64,000 bases of DNA from Candidatus Latescibacterota bacterium (GTDB lineage Bacteria > Latescibacterota > UBA2968): NCBI GenBank assembly GCA_965222605.1, contig OZ244960.1, positions 896,001 to 960,000 on the forward strand. Reading direction: 5' to 3'. A program made the position numbers and the translations under genes. Shown one piece after another: positions 27,201-38,200 of this stretch (within the stretch, counting starts at the first letter, position 1; the number at the start of each line of letters is the position of its first letter). The notes beneath the pieces are model-generated. The model ran no database searches. It had not been told where the DNA came from and saw only the letters and a list, made by a program, of their open reading frames with translations.

Positions 27201-30200
27201 CTGCGATTAGCGACTACGATGTGCGCTACAAAGCGAACAATGGCAGTTTCACCAATTGGAACCACAGCGGCAGTAGCGCGACCACCACGATCACCGGCTT
27301 GACCGCGAATACCCGTTATGAAGTACAGGTGCGAGCGCGCAACGCCGAAGGGGACAGCCCCTGGTCCCCATCAGTTCATGGGACGACCACAGCCAATCAA
27401 GCACCCACGTTCAGCGAAGGTTCGAGCACCACGCGCAGATTGTACGAAAATACGACAGAGATGCAGAATATCGGAAATCCTGTGACGGCAACCGACAGCG
27501 ACGGAGGCACGTTGACCTATAGCCTTGAAGGCACAGATGCGGGGAGTTTTACTATTGTCTCGGATAGCGGTCAACTCAGGACCCAATCGGGTGTGATGTA
27601 TGACTATGAGACAAAGGACAGCTATTCGGTGACGATGCGAGTCGAGGACGGCAAAGGCGGCAGTGCGACCATTGAGGTAGAGATCACCCTGACCGATGAG
27701 AACGAACCACCGCACAGACCCAATGCGCCAACAGTGACAGTTCCGACATTGAATAGCCTGAGTGTGCGTTGGACAGCACCAGATAATACCGGACCTGTCA
27801 TCAGCGACTACGATGTGCGCTACAAAGCGAGCGGTGGCAATTTCACCAACTGGCCCCATACGGGCACGGGCACAAGCACGACAATCAGGAATTTGACCGC
27901 GAATACGCGTTACGAGGTGCAGGTGCGGGCGATCAATGACGAAGGCACGGGCGATTGGTCGCCATCGGTTAACGGAACAACCACTGCCAATCAGGCACCT
28001 GAGTTCAGTGAGAATTTGCCGACGCGCAACGTTGTCGAGAACACGACAGGGACACAGAATATCGGAAATCCTGTGACGGCAACCGACAGCGACGGAGGTA
28101 CGCTGACCTACGGCCTTGAAGGCTCGGATGCCGGGAGTTTTACTATTGTTTCGACCAGCGGTCAACTCAGGACTCAATCGGGTGTGATGTATGACTATGA
28201 GACAAAGGACAGCTATTCGGTGACGATGCGGGTGGAGGACGGACAAGGCGGCAGTGCGACCATTGAGGTGGAGATCACCCTCACCGATGAGAACGAACCA
28301 CCGGGCAGACCCACCCTGCCCCTGATGACGGCCTCGACATTGAATAGCCTGAGTGTGCGTTGGACAGCACCGGATAACACCGGACCTGTGATTAGCGACT
28401 ACGATGTGCAGTACAGGGAAGCAGGAGGCAATTTCGCCAACTGGCCCCATACGGGCAAGGGTCTGACTACAACGATCGCGGGTCTGACCACAGGTACGAC
28501 CTACGAAGTGCAGGTGCGGGCGATCAATGATGAAGGCACGGGCGACTGGTCGCCATCGGTTAACGGAACAACCACTGCCAATCAGGCACCCACATTCAGC
28601 GGTTCGAGCACCACGCGTAGCGTTGCCGAGAACACGACAGGGACACAGAATATCGGAAATCCTGTGACGGCAACCGACAGCGACGGAGGCACGCTGACCT
28701 ATAGCCTCGAAGGCACGGATGCAGGGAGTTTCAGCATCATCTCAACCACAGGTCAACTCAGGACCCAATCGGGTGTGATGTATGACTATGAGACAAAGGA
28801 CAGCTATTTGGTGACGGTGCGAGCCGAGGACGGTCAAGGCGGCAGTGCAACCATTGAGGTGGAGATCACCCTCACCGATGAGAACGAACCACCGCACAGA
28901 CCCAATGCGCCGACAGTGACAGCCTCAACGTCGAATAGCATGAGTGTGCGTTGGACAGTACCGGATAACACCGGACCTGTGATCAGCGACTACGATGTGC
29001 AGTACAGGGAAGCAGGAGGCAATTTCACCAACTGGTCGCATACTGGCACGGGCACAACCACGACGATCACAGGTCTGACCACGGACACGACCTACGAGGT
29101 GCAGGTGCGGGCGATCAATGACGAAGGCACGGGCGACTGGTCGCCATCGGTTAACGGAACAACCTCTGCCAATCAAGCACCCGCGTTCAATGAGAATTTG
29201 CCGACGCGCAGCATTGCCGAGAACACGACAGGGACACAGAATATCGGGAATCCAGTAACGGCAACCGACAGCGACGGAGGCACGCTGACCTACAGCCTCG
29301 AAGGCACGGATGCCGGGAGTTTCAGCATCATCTCGGATAGCGGTCAACTCAGGACCCAATCGGGTGTGATGTATGACTATGAGACAAAGGACAGCTATTT
29401 GGTGACGGTGCGAGTCGAGGACGGTCAAGGTGGCAGTGCGACCATTGAGGTGGAGATCACCCTCACCGATGAGAATGAACCACCGGGCAGACCCAATGCG
29501 CCGACAGTGACAGCCTCAACGTCGAATAGCATGAGTGTGCGTTGGACGGCACCGGATAACACTGGACCTGTGATCAGCGACTACGATGTGCGCTACAAAG
29601 CGAGTAGTGGCAATTTCACCAACTGGCCCCATACGGGCACGGGCACAAGCACGACGATCACGGGTCTGACCACGGACACGACCTACGAGGTGCAGGTGCG
29701 GGCGATCAATGATGAAGGCACGGGCGACTGGTCGCCATCGGTTAACGGAACAACCACCGCCAATCAGGCACCTGAGTTCAGTGAGAATTTGCCGACGCGC
29801 AGCATTGCCGAGAACACGGCGGCGGGACAGGACATCGGGAGTCCTGTGATCGCGACGGACAGCGACGGAGGCACGCTGACCTATAGCCTCGAAGGCAGGG
29901 ATGCCAGAGCATTCACCATCGTCTCGGATAGCGGTCAACTCAGGACCCAATCGGGTGTGATGTATGACTATGAGACAAAGGACAGCTATTTGGTGACGGT
30001 GCGAGTCGAGGACGGTCAAGGTGGCAGTGCGACCATTGAGGTGGAGATCACCCTCACCGATGAGAACGAACCACCGGGCAGACCCAACGCGCCAACAGTG
30101 ACAGCCTCAACGTCGAATAGTTTGAGTGTGCGTTGGACAGCACCGGATAACACTGGACCTGTGATTACTGACTACGATGTGCGCTACAAAGCGAGCAGTG

Positions 30201-33200
30201 GCAATTTCACCAACTGGCCCCATACGGGCAAGGGCCTGACTACAACGATCACGGGTCTGACCACGGACACGACCTACGAGGTGCAGGTGCGGGCGATCAA
30301 TGATGAAGGCACGGGCGACTGGTCAATCTCGGGCGAGGGTACGACCCAGAGGGTTTCCATTCCACAGCCGACGATCAATTCGGTGCCAATGCGACAAGGA
30401 GAAGTGGCTCGCGCGCTGATCACTGTGGGTAAGGCGCAAAAGTGGTACTCCCGGGCGGGTACTGAAAATATCGGATCGGCCATTGGAGACCTCCTCATCT
30501 TCGACGGCGTGAACGATCTGAACATAGATAGGATTTGGTGGTACAACGAAGCCGACTTTCGCCTCAATCGGAATCCACTGGACCAATCTCTCGGTGGACA
30601 GGCTGACTTTAACGGATACTTCGGCTCCGGCGGACCGGGAGAGAATAAGCTGGTCTATCTCGCCACGCCTTACGGAGACCTGGCGTTGAATATCTCGGTC
30701 CACAGATCAATAGGGCCTCACTATCTGAACATCACACCCAGTGCTTCGGATGTGGCTACGCTCAATCAGGTGAGGGCCAATGATCGCGTGAATTTCGTGA
30801 TTGCAGACCCGGTTATCACTACCAACAAAGCACCAGTGTTCAGCGATGTTGGGAGCACCATGCGCAGCGTTGTCGAGAATACAGCGGCGGGACAGGACAT
30901 CGGGAGTCCTGTGATCGCGACGGACAGCGACGGAGGCACGCTGACCTACAGCCTCGAAGGCACGGATGCCGGGAGTTTTACTATTGTCTCGACCAGCGGT
31001 CAGCTTCAGACCGCGGCGGGCGTGACCTATGACTATGAGACAAAGGACAGCTATTCGGTGACGGTACGTGCAGACGACGGTCAAGGCGGCAGCGCGACCA
31101 TTGCCGTGAGGATCACCCTGACCGATGAGAACGAACCACCGGGCAGGCCCAACGCGCCAACAGTGACAGCCTCAACGTCGAATAGCTTGAGTCTGACATG
31201 GACAGAACCGATGAATACCGGGTCAGACATCACCGATTACGATGTGCGCTACAAAGCGAGCGGTGGTAGTTTCATGGACTGGCCACATACGGGCGCGAGC
31301 CTGAGCACGGCCATCACGAATTTGCCCATGGGCACAACCTACGAGGTGCAGGTGCGGGCGGTCAATGACGAAGGCACGGGCGATTGGTCGCCATCGGTTA
31401 ACGGAACAACCACCGTCAATCAAGCCCCCACGTTCAGTAGTTCGAGCACGACACGCAGCATTGCCGAGAACACAGCGGCGGGACAGGACATTGGAAATCC
31501 TGTGATCGCGACGGACAGCGACGGAGGTACGCTAACCTACAGCCTCGAAGGCACTGATACGGAGAGTTTTAGCATCGTTTCGACCACCGGTCAGCTTCGG
31601 ACCAGGACAAATGTGACGTACGACTATGAGACAAAGGACAGCTATTCGGTAACAGTGCGGGCAGATGACGGTCAAGGTGGCAGCGCGACCATTGCCGCGA
31701 GAATCACCCTTACCGATGAGAACGAACCTCCTGAAGCCCTGGCCACACCAACAGTCACGGCAATCTCGCCTACGAGCCTGAAGGTAACATGGGCAGCACC
31801 GCCGAACACCGGGCCTGCAGTCACTGACTACGATTTGCAATACCGCACAGGCAGCAGCGGCAATTTCGCCGAATGGTCTCACACCGGCATCGGCACGACC
31901 ACCACGATCACCGGCTTGACCACGGGCACGACCTACGAGGTGCAGGTTCGGGCGATCAATGACGAAGGCACAGGCGATTGGTCCTCATCGGGCAACGGGA
32001 CACCTCAGAAGGTTGTCACTCCGGTCTGTGACCGCAGCCCGCAAGTGCGCGACGCAATCGTAGCCGAGGTCTCAGGTGTCAACACATGCGGCGCTGTGAC
32101 GGAGGCACATCTCGCTGTGATTAAAAGCCTTAATCTGACTTCGAAGATCACATTTCTAAAGGACGGTGATTTTTCTGGTCTCTCGTCGCTAGAATACCTT
32201 AACCTGTCTGGCAACAGTTTAACCCGTTTGGAAGCAGGTATTTTTTCTGATCTCTCGTCGCTGACATCCCTCTACCTGAATCGCAACCAGTTGACGACCC
32301 TTCCTGCGGACTTATTTTCTGATCTCTCGTCGCTAAAATACCTCGACCTGAGCATCAATCAATTTACAACCCTTCCTGCGGGCGTTTTTTCCGGCCTCTC
32401 GTCGCTCACAGGGATTAATCTGTTTTTCAACCAGTTGACGACCCTTCCCGTGGGCGTATTTTCTGATCTCTCGTCGCTGACAGAACTCTCCCTACGTGAA
32501 CAGCAGTTGAGGTCCCTTCCTGCAGGCGTTTTTTCCGGCCTCTCGTCGCTGACCTCTCTTGACCTGTCTGACAACGATTTAACCCTTTTGGAAGCAGGCG
32601 TTTTTTCTGGGCTACCAACGCTGACATCCCTCAACCTGTCTGACAATGATTTAACCCTTTTGGAAGCAGGCGTTTTTTCTGGGCTACCAACGCTGACATC
32701 CCTTGACCTATCTGGCAACTCAGTTGACCCCTTGCCTCTGACCCTTTCCCTGGAATTAGTGGAGGAAGGCCAATTCAAAGCCACGGCACTCCCGGGCGCA
32801 CCCTTTAACATCGTGTTGCCTCTCACCGTCACGAATGGCACCATTGACGGTGGGGCAAGCAGCATCACGATTCCTGTCGGACGGGCGGAGAGCGAACCTC
32901 TCACAGTCTCCCGCACGCAGGGCACAACGCGTGCCGTCACCGTTGATATCGGCACGTTGCCGTATCGTCCCAGTGGCCATACAGGCTATTCTCTCGCCGA
33001 ATCTGCCACCTTGCCGCTGACAGTAATCAGTCGCCTGCCGGGGAACGCCACGCCGTCAGTCTGTGACCGCACCGGACAAGTGCGTGATGCGATTATGAAC
33101 AAGCTTCCGCATATAGAAAATTGCAGCTTTGTGAGGGAAGAGAACCTGGCGACGATTAATTCTCTCTCGCTTCGTCTCGGACGCGAAGATCTGACATCAG

Positions 33201-35191
33201 GCGATTTTTCTGGCCTGACCGCGCTGGACACCCTCCGCCTGAATTACAACGATTTCACCAGTTTGCCGAAGGACATCTTTGATGGGCTGACTAAACTGAC
33301 ATTTATCGAGATAGGGCGTAACGACCAACTGAGTAGCCTGCCAGATGGCATCTTTGACGACTTAATCGAACTGACACATCTCCACCTATATGACAACAGA
33401 AGACTGAGTAGCCTGCCTGAGAGTATCTTGGACGGCTTGACCAAGCTGACACATCTCAATCTGGATGGCAACAGTCTCACCAGCCTGCCATCAGACCTTT
33501 TTTCTGGCCTGACCGCACTGGATACCCTCCGCCTGTATGACAATCAACTGAGCAGTCTGCCAGATGGTATCTTTTCCGGTCTGACCGCACTAAAATTTCT
33601 CAACTTAACGTACAACACCGTTGATCCACTGCCTATTACCATTTCATTGGAAAAAGTTGAGGCAAGAGAGTTCAAAGCCAGAGCGCACACCGGCGCGCCG
33701 TTTCCCATCACGTTGCCGGTCAGCACCACCAACGGCACGATTGCCGGTGGGACTACCACCATCACGATTCCCACTGGCCGCGTGGAAAGTGCCCCCCTTA
33801 CAGTATTTCGCACATCTGGCACGACAGGTCCTATCACTGCGGATATCGGCACCTTGCCAGATCTGCCACGAGGACCAGATCTGCCACCTGGACATTACCA
33901 CAGGGGCTACGAACTCGTCAAATCCACCGACTTACCGCTGGAAGTCAGTGCTCCCTCTGTCAGTCAACCCGGCTTTGCTCCGGCAGATCAGAATGTTTTT
34001 AACACGCTTGTTGTTGGCAAAGTCCTATCAGTAGAGACCTATTATATCGAGTTTGGGACTGCTGGCCGTTTTGAGGAAGAAGAGGATAGATATCCGGGAA
34101 GCTATACTTATTCAAATGAGGGTGCGAATACTGGCACACTGACGCAATACTATGATGAGGGGCAGTACGGCGGTAGCTGCACAACTGAACTAACCTTCAC
34201 TTCAACGACTGCAGGCACATTACGCTACAAATGTGGTGCCGAAAATTACAGTTCAACGGATCAGTGGCGGCTTTCCGACGTGCCCGACCCCAACGCCTTC
34301 AATATCGAGGTCGTTTGGGTTGGACCCGAGCCCTCTGCAACGAACAAGGCAGCCTTTGATGCCGCGGTTGCACATTGGGAGAGCGTCATTACAGGCGACA
34401 TCGCTAATATTTTTATTCCTCCTGATTATGGGGTAGCCAATATTTTTAAAAATTACGAAGGTCCGGAAAAGATATTCGGTCTCATAGACGACCTGCGGAT
34501 CTACGCATACCTCACTCCCATTGACGGCGAAGGTCGCACCCTGGCGTCGGCAGGACCCGTACTCTGGCGCTGGTCATCAAATCTTCCGGCCGTATCCCAA
34601 ATGAAATTCGACACCGACGACCTGGTCTATTATACCCCTGTAGCTCTGCAAGATGTCGTCCTGCATGAGATGGCGCACGCTTTGGGGTTCGGCACTTTGT
34701 GGACCAAACACAGTTTGCTGCAAAATCTGTCACTCGACTCGTTTGGCCAGCCTATCGCTGGCCCACCCGATACCCATTTCACGGGCGACGGGGCGGTCAC
34801 AGCATTCAATAGAGCAGGCGGGTTGAGCTACACGGGTGAGAAGGTGCCAGTGGAGAATGAGAAAGGGGGGTCGGGTACACAGGATAGTCATTGGCGACAG
34901 TCCGTGTTCGGCCCCAATGAACTCATGGAAGGATTTGCTGACACTGGGGCTACGATACACGTACCGATGAGCGAGATCACGATCCAGTCTCTGGCCGATT
35001 TGGGCTACATCGTCGATATCGGTCGGGCTGCCCCGTACGCACTACCCTCTCCTGCCGCTGCTAAATTGGCGATATTATCTAAGCACCTGATCCCGCTCAA
35101 CTGCATCATATCGCAACCCATCGGCGTGATTGATGAGAACAAGCCGACCAGCCAGAAGTCTGCGCGCTTCAAAAGGCATAAGGATCAATGA
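24284..35191 (+). CDS. giant secreted adhesin-protease 1: dockerin-like, 2 Ig-like, 4 CARDB, 8 cadherin + 8 FN3, unknown domain, 2 LRR blocks, leishmanolysin(M8)-like peptidase
   Basis: DLxVESP..ATVRNQG..YYYGACV..NNC (CARDB); NQAP.F..ENT..ATDSDG..YDYETK (cadherin); WTAP.NTG..Y.VQVRA.N.EG..WS (FN3); LxxLxLxxNxLxxLPxxxFxxL; HEMAHALGF..SHW..ELM. Confidence 0.9.
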   Translation: MKPPVKFLSFILGITSLLSLIFLIYPRSLSPQTSNLALETAAPPSLDFDGSGIVDFPDFLMFISAFGSEEGQNKYNAKYDLNSDGKIAFEDFLILTDNFGKNIVAQKSPTSSDQDASTTQSMAENTGTTGATLPVTALDESVVASTPQPLTEATLDGSVVKLTLSSAAYESFIFDIRDNVKVSGIAGVTFDSFFDVDRVSDTVVTVELTFSGNMTTDGTLIFTVGAGAIANYSGSALTATLSVTALEESVVASTPQPLTEATLNGSVVTLTLTGRSYERSVFDISDAVKVSGISGVTFDGFFDIDRESDTEVTVELTFSGNMTTNGTLTFTVEAAAIAGYNGPALTATLPVTAGPGNGSQPPQPPPPGGGTPTGSPDLIVESPTVSDSSPGPEAYFTLSATVRNQGGSRSDFTTLRYYLSTDETITTGDTEVDTDFVSRLDASETSDESARLTAPSSEGTYYYGACVESVSGESDTGNNCSDAVRVTVTGSDLVVESPSVDNNTPGPGESFYLSATVRNQGGSRSDFTTLRYYLSTDETITTGDTEVDTDFVSRLDASETSDESARLTAPSSEGTYYYGACVESVSGESDTGNNCSGAVAITITGSDLVVEAPTVSEDILGPEEYFRLSTTVRNQGGSRSASTTLHYYLSTDETITTGDTEIETSYVSSLDPSETSDERAYLDAPLSEGKYYYGACVESVTGESNTGNNCSSAVTVTVSGSDLVVESPSVSDNTLSSGQSFYLNATVRNQGGSRSASTTLRYYLSTNETINTSDTEVDTDYVSFLDASESSDESARLAAPSGEGTYYYGACVEAVTGESDTGNNCSNAVAVTVARTISTNQPPTFSEGSSTTRSLHENTTGTQDIGNPVRATDSDHDRLTYSLEGTDIGSFSITSTTGQIRTLSSVTYDYETKSSYSVRVRVDDSQGGSAIIAVRITLTDENESPHRPAAPTVTASTLNSLSVRWTAPNNTGPAISDYDVRYKANNGSFTNWNHSGSSATTTITGLTANTRYEVQVRARNAEGDSPWSPSVHGTTTANQAPTFSEGSSTTRRLYENTTEMQNIGNPVTATDSDGGTLTYSLEGTDAGSFTIVSDSGQLRTQSGVMYDYETKDSYSVTMRVEDGKGGSATIEVEITLTDENEPPHRPNAPTVTVPTLNSLSVRWTAPDNTGPVISDYDVRYKASGGNFTNWPHTGTGTSTTIRNLTANTRYEVQVRAINDEGTGDWSPSVNGTTTANQAPEFSENLPTRNVVENTTGTQNIGNPVTATDSDGGTLTYGLEGSDAGSFTIVSTSGQLRTQSGVMYDYETKDSYSVTMRVEDGQGGSATIEVEITLTDENEPPGRPTLPLMTASTLNSLSVRWTAPDNTGPVISDYDVQYREAGGNFANWPHTGKGLTTTIAGLTTGTTYEVQVRAINDEGTGDWSPSVNGTTTANQAPTFSGSSTTRSVAENTTGTQNIGNPVTATDSDGGTLTYSLEGTDAGSFSIISTTGQLRTQSGVMYDYETKDSYLVTVRAEDGQGGSATIEVEITLTDENEPPHRPNAPTVTASTSNSMSVRWTVPDNTGPVISDYDVQYREAGGNFTNWSHTGTGTTTTITGLTTDTTYEVQVRAINDEGTGDWSPSVNGTTSANQAPAFNENLPTRSIAENTTGTQNIGNPVTATDSDGGTLTYSLEGTDAGSFSIISDSGQLRTQSGVMYDYETKDSYLVTVRVEDGQGGSATIEVEITLTDENEPPGRPNAPTVTASTSNSMSVRWTAPDNTGPVISDYDVRYKASSGNFTNWPHTGTGTSTTITGLTTDTTYEVQVRAINDEGTGDWSPSVNGTTTANQAPEFSENLPTRSIAENTAAGQDIGSPVIATDSDGGTLTYSLEGRDARAFTIVSDSGQLRTQSGVMYDYETKDSYLVTVRVEDGQGGSATIEVEITLTDENEPPGRPNAPTVTASTSNSLSVRWTAPDNTGPVITDYDVRYKASSGNFTNWPHTGKGLTTTITGLTTDTTYEVQVRAINDEGTGDWSISGEGTTQRVSIPQPTINSVPMRQGEVARALITVGKAQKWYSRAGTENIGSAIGDLLIFDGVNDLNIDRIWWYNEADFRLNRNPLDQSLGGQADFNGYFGSGGPGENKLVYLATPYGDLALNISVHRSIGPHYLNITPSASDVATLNQVRANDRVNFVIADPVITTNKAPVFSDVGSTMRSVVENTAAGQDIGSPVIATDSDGGTLTYSLEGTDAGSFTIVSTSGQLQTAAGVTYDYETKDSYSVTVRADDGQGGSATIAVRITLTDENEPPGRPNAPTVTASTSNSLSLTWTEPMNTGSDITDYDVRYKASGGSFMDWPHTGASLSTAITNLPMGTTYEVQVRAVNDEGTGDWSPSVNGTTTVNQAPTFSSSSTTRSIAENTAAGQDIGNPVIATDSDGGTLTYSLEGTDTESFSIVSTTGQLRTRTNVTYDYETKDSYSVTVRADDGQGGSATIAARITLTDENEPPEALATPTVTAISPTSLKVTWAAPPNTGPAVTDYDLQYRTGSSGNFAEWSHTGIGTTTTITGLTTGTTYEVQVRAINDEGTGDWSSSGNGTPQKVVTPVCDRSPQVRDAIVAEVSGVNTCGAVTEAHLAVIKSLNLTSKITFLKDGDFSGLSSLEYLNLSGNSLTRLEAGIFSDLSSLTSLYLNRNQLTTLPADLFSDLSSLKYLDLSINQFTTLPAGVFSGLSSLTGINLFFNQLTTLPVGVFSDLSSLTELSLREQQLRSLPAGVFSGLSSLTSLDLSDNDLTLLEAGVFSGLPTLTSLNLSDNDLTLLEAGVFSGLPTLTSLDLSGNSVDPLPLTLSLELVEEGQFKATALPGAPFNIVLPLTVTNGTIDGGASSITIPVGRAESEPLTVSRTQGTTRAVTVDIGTLPYRPSGHTGYSLAESATLPLTVISRLPGNATPSVCDRTGQVRDAIMNKLPHIENCSFVREENLATINSLSLRLGREDLTSGDFSGLTALDTLRLNYNDFTSLPKDIFDGLTKLTFIEIGRNDQLSSLPDGIFDDLIELTHLHLYDNRRLSSLPESILDGLTKLTHLNLDGNSLTSLPSDLFSGLTALDTLRLYDNQLSSLPDGIFSGLTALKFLNLTYNTVDPLPITISLEKVEAREFKARAHTGAPFPITLPVSTTNGTIAGGTTTITIPTGRVESAPLTVFRTSGTTGPITADIGTLPDLPRGPDLPPGHYHRGYELVKSTDLPLEVSAPSVSQPGFAPADQNVFNTLVVGKVLSVETYYIEFGTAGRFEEEEDRYPGSYTYSNEGANTGTLTQYYDEGQYGGSCTTELTFTSTTAGTLRYKCGAENYSSTDQWRLSDVPDPNAFNIEVVWVGPEPSATNKAAFDAAVAHWESVITGDIANIFIPPDYGVANIFKNYEGPEKIFGLIDDLRIYAYLTPIDGEGRTLASAGPVLWRWSSNLPAVSQMKFDTDDLVYYTPVALQDVVLHEMAHALGFGTLWTKHSLLQNLSLDSFGQPIAGPPDTHFTGDGAVTAFNRAGGLSYTGEKVPVENEKGGSGTQDSHWRQSVFGPNELMEGFADTGATIHVPMSEITIQSLADLGYIVDIGRAAPYALPSPAAAKLAILSKHLIPLNCIISQPIGVIDENKPTSQKSARFKRHKDQ

Positions 35192-35259
35192 AATCTCGAA
35201 AAATATATTAGCTAATTTTTTGACAGACCACTTATTGACAAACCTGTACACGGTTAATC

Positions 35260-38200
35260 ATGAAACCTCCTGTTAAATTTCTCTCCTTCATACTCAGCAT
35301 CACCAGTCTGCTGAGCCTGATCTTCTTGATTTACCCGCGGTCGCTATCCCCTCAGACCCGCAGCTTTTCCCTTTCTCTGGACCTGGATAATTCTGTGGGT
35401 GATCAAGCGGCGTCCTCTCTCGATGCATCTCCCAATCAAGTTATTTCTATTCAGATCTTTGGCAAAGATATTCAAAATGCCAATGGCTTTTCTACGCTAT
35501 TTGAATACGATGCAACCCAGGTTGTTTACGAAAAATTTGATGTGGGCGATATATTGCCCAATCCACTTGTAGAGCAAGATTCGATTACCGTCTTACAACA
35601 CAACGCGACAAGCGTTGTCCAGATCGACATGACGTCTTTGGATGAAGCTACAACAGCCAACAGCAGCCTGATTGGCACACTGCGTTTTCGCACCACAGAT
35701 GCGTTTTCAAACACAGAGATTCGATTGGTGCGTGCTGGCCTTGACAGGGAGGGACAGTTCGAGATTGTGACCACGACCACCAGCGTTGCTTTAGGGATCG
35801 CATCACCTTCTCTCGACTTTGACGGCAGTGGGATTGTGGATTTTCCCGACTTTTTGATGTTTGTAAGCGCGTTTGGGTCCGAGGAGGGTCAAGATAAGTA
35901 CGATTCAAAATACGACCTCAATAGCGATGGCAAAATTGCTTTTGAAGACCTTCTGATCTTAACCGACAACTTTGGCAAAAGCGTCGTAGCACAGAAGTCA
36001 CCAACCCCACCAACGCCACCTACTTCACCGGGCCAGGGCAATGCTCGTCCTGATCTGATAGTTGAATCGCCTAAAGTCAGCGATAGCAACCCGGAAGCAG
36101 GCGATTATTTCACGCTGAGTGTGACTGTTCGCAATCAGGGTACTGGTAATTCTCCGATCCTTATGAGGTTGAGCTATTATCTATCAACCGACGAAACGAT
36201 CTCGACAAGTGATACGGAAGTGGGCTGGGACCTCGTGAGCCGTCTTGATCCTTCTGAAACCAGCGATGAGTCGGATCGCGTGAGAGCACCGTCGAGTGGT
36301 GGTACATACTACTACGGAGCCTGTATCGAGGTTGTGTCTGGCGAATCCGACACAGGAAACAACTGCTCCAGTGCTGTCGCCGTCACTGTTCTTGGTTCTG
36401 ACTTAATCGTCGAATCGCCTTCCGTCGATAATAACACCCCGGGACCGGGGGAATCTTTCTACCTGAGTGCAACTGTTCGCAATCAGGGTGGAGGGCGGTC
36501 ATCCTCTACAACATTGCGCTATTATCTGTCAACCGACGAAACGATTACGACGAGTGACACAGAAGTAGGTACGGACTATGTGAGCCGCCTTGATGCTTCT
36601 GAAACCAGCGAAGAGTCTGTTCGTTTGAGCGCACCGTCGAGTGAAGGAACGTATTACTATGGAGCTTGTGTCGAGGCAGCGTCTGGCGAATCTGACACAG
36701 GAAATAACTGTTCCAGTGCTGTCGCCGTCACTGTTATTGGTCCTGACTTAATCGTTGAACCGCCTTCCGTCAGCGATAGTAGTCCGGATGCAGGTGCATA
36801 CTTCACGCTGAGTGCGACTGTTCGCAATCAGGGTGGCAGTCGATCTGACTTCACGACATTGCGCTATTATCTGTCAACTGATGAGACAATATCGACAAGT
36901 GATACAGAAGTGACTACGGACTTCGTGAGCCGCCTTGATCCTTCTGAGGCCGGTGATGAGTCTGCTCGTATAAGAGCACCGTCAAGTGCTGGCACATACT
37001 ACTACGGAGCCTGTGTCGAAAGCGTCACTGGGGAGAGCGATACAGGAAACAACTGCTCCACTGCTGTCACCGTGACCGTAGGCGGCACATCTCCCCCGCC
37101 TCCACCTCCGCCCACTCCCACACCGAGCGGATCGCCGGGCAGACCCGATGCACCCACAGTCACGGCTTCAACATTGAACAGCCTGAGTGTGCGTTGGTCT
37201 GCACCGACTAATACCGGATCTGCCATCAGCGACTACGACGTGCAGTACAGGGAAGCAGGAGGTAGTTTCACCGATTGGCCCCATACTGGCACAAGCACGA
37301 CGACAACAATCACGGGCTTGACCGCGAACACCCGTTACGAAGTACAGGTACGGGCGCGCAATGCTCAGGGAGAGAGCAACTGGTCGCCATCGGGTAGTGG
37401 CACAACCAGTAGTAGTGGTGGTAGTGGTAATAATCCAGATCTAATTGTTGAAACGCCTACAGTCAGCGATAGCAGTCCGATTGCAGGTTCTTATTTCAAG
37501 ATGCGTACGCTTGTTCGCAATCAGGGTGGCGGGCGGTCTGCCTCTACGACGTTGCGCTATTATCTATCAACCGATGAGACCATCACGACAGACGATACGG
37601 AAATAGGTACGGACTATTTGAGTCGCTTTTATACAACCAACCATGAGTCTGTTACTTTGCAAGCCCCGTCGAGTGAGGGCACGTATTACTATGGGGCCTG
37701 TGTCGATGCTGTCACTGGCGAATCCGACACAGGAAACAACTGCTCCAGTGCTGTCACCGTTACTGTTCTTAGCTCTGACTTAGTCGTTGAAACGCCTACA
37801 GTCAGCGAAAGTAGCCCAAAGGCAGGTGCATATTTCACGTTGAGTGCCACTGTTCGCAATCTGGGTGGTGGCGCGGCTCACTCTACGATATTGCGCTATT
37901 ATCTGTCAACCGACGAAACGATTACGACAAGTGACACAGAAGTAGGCACGGACTATTTGAGTGGTGTTTCGGCTTATGGAACCAACCATGAATCTGCTTA
38001 TTTGAGGGCACCTTCGAGTGATGGCACATATTACTATGGGGCCTGTGTCGAGGCAGTCACTGGCGAATCCGACACAGGAAACAACTGCTCCAGTGCTGTC
38101 ACTGTAACCGTGGGCGGCACATCTCCCCCGCCCCCACCTCCGCCCACTCCCACACCGAGCGGATCGCCGGGCAGACCCGATGCACCTGTAGTCACATCCT

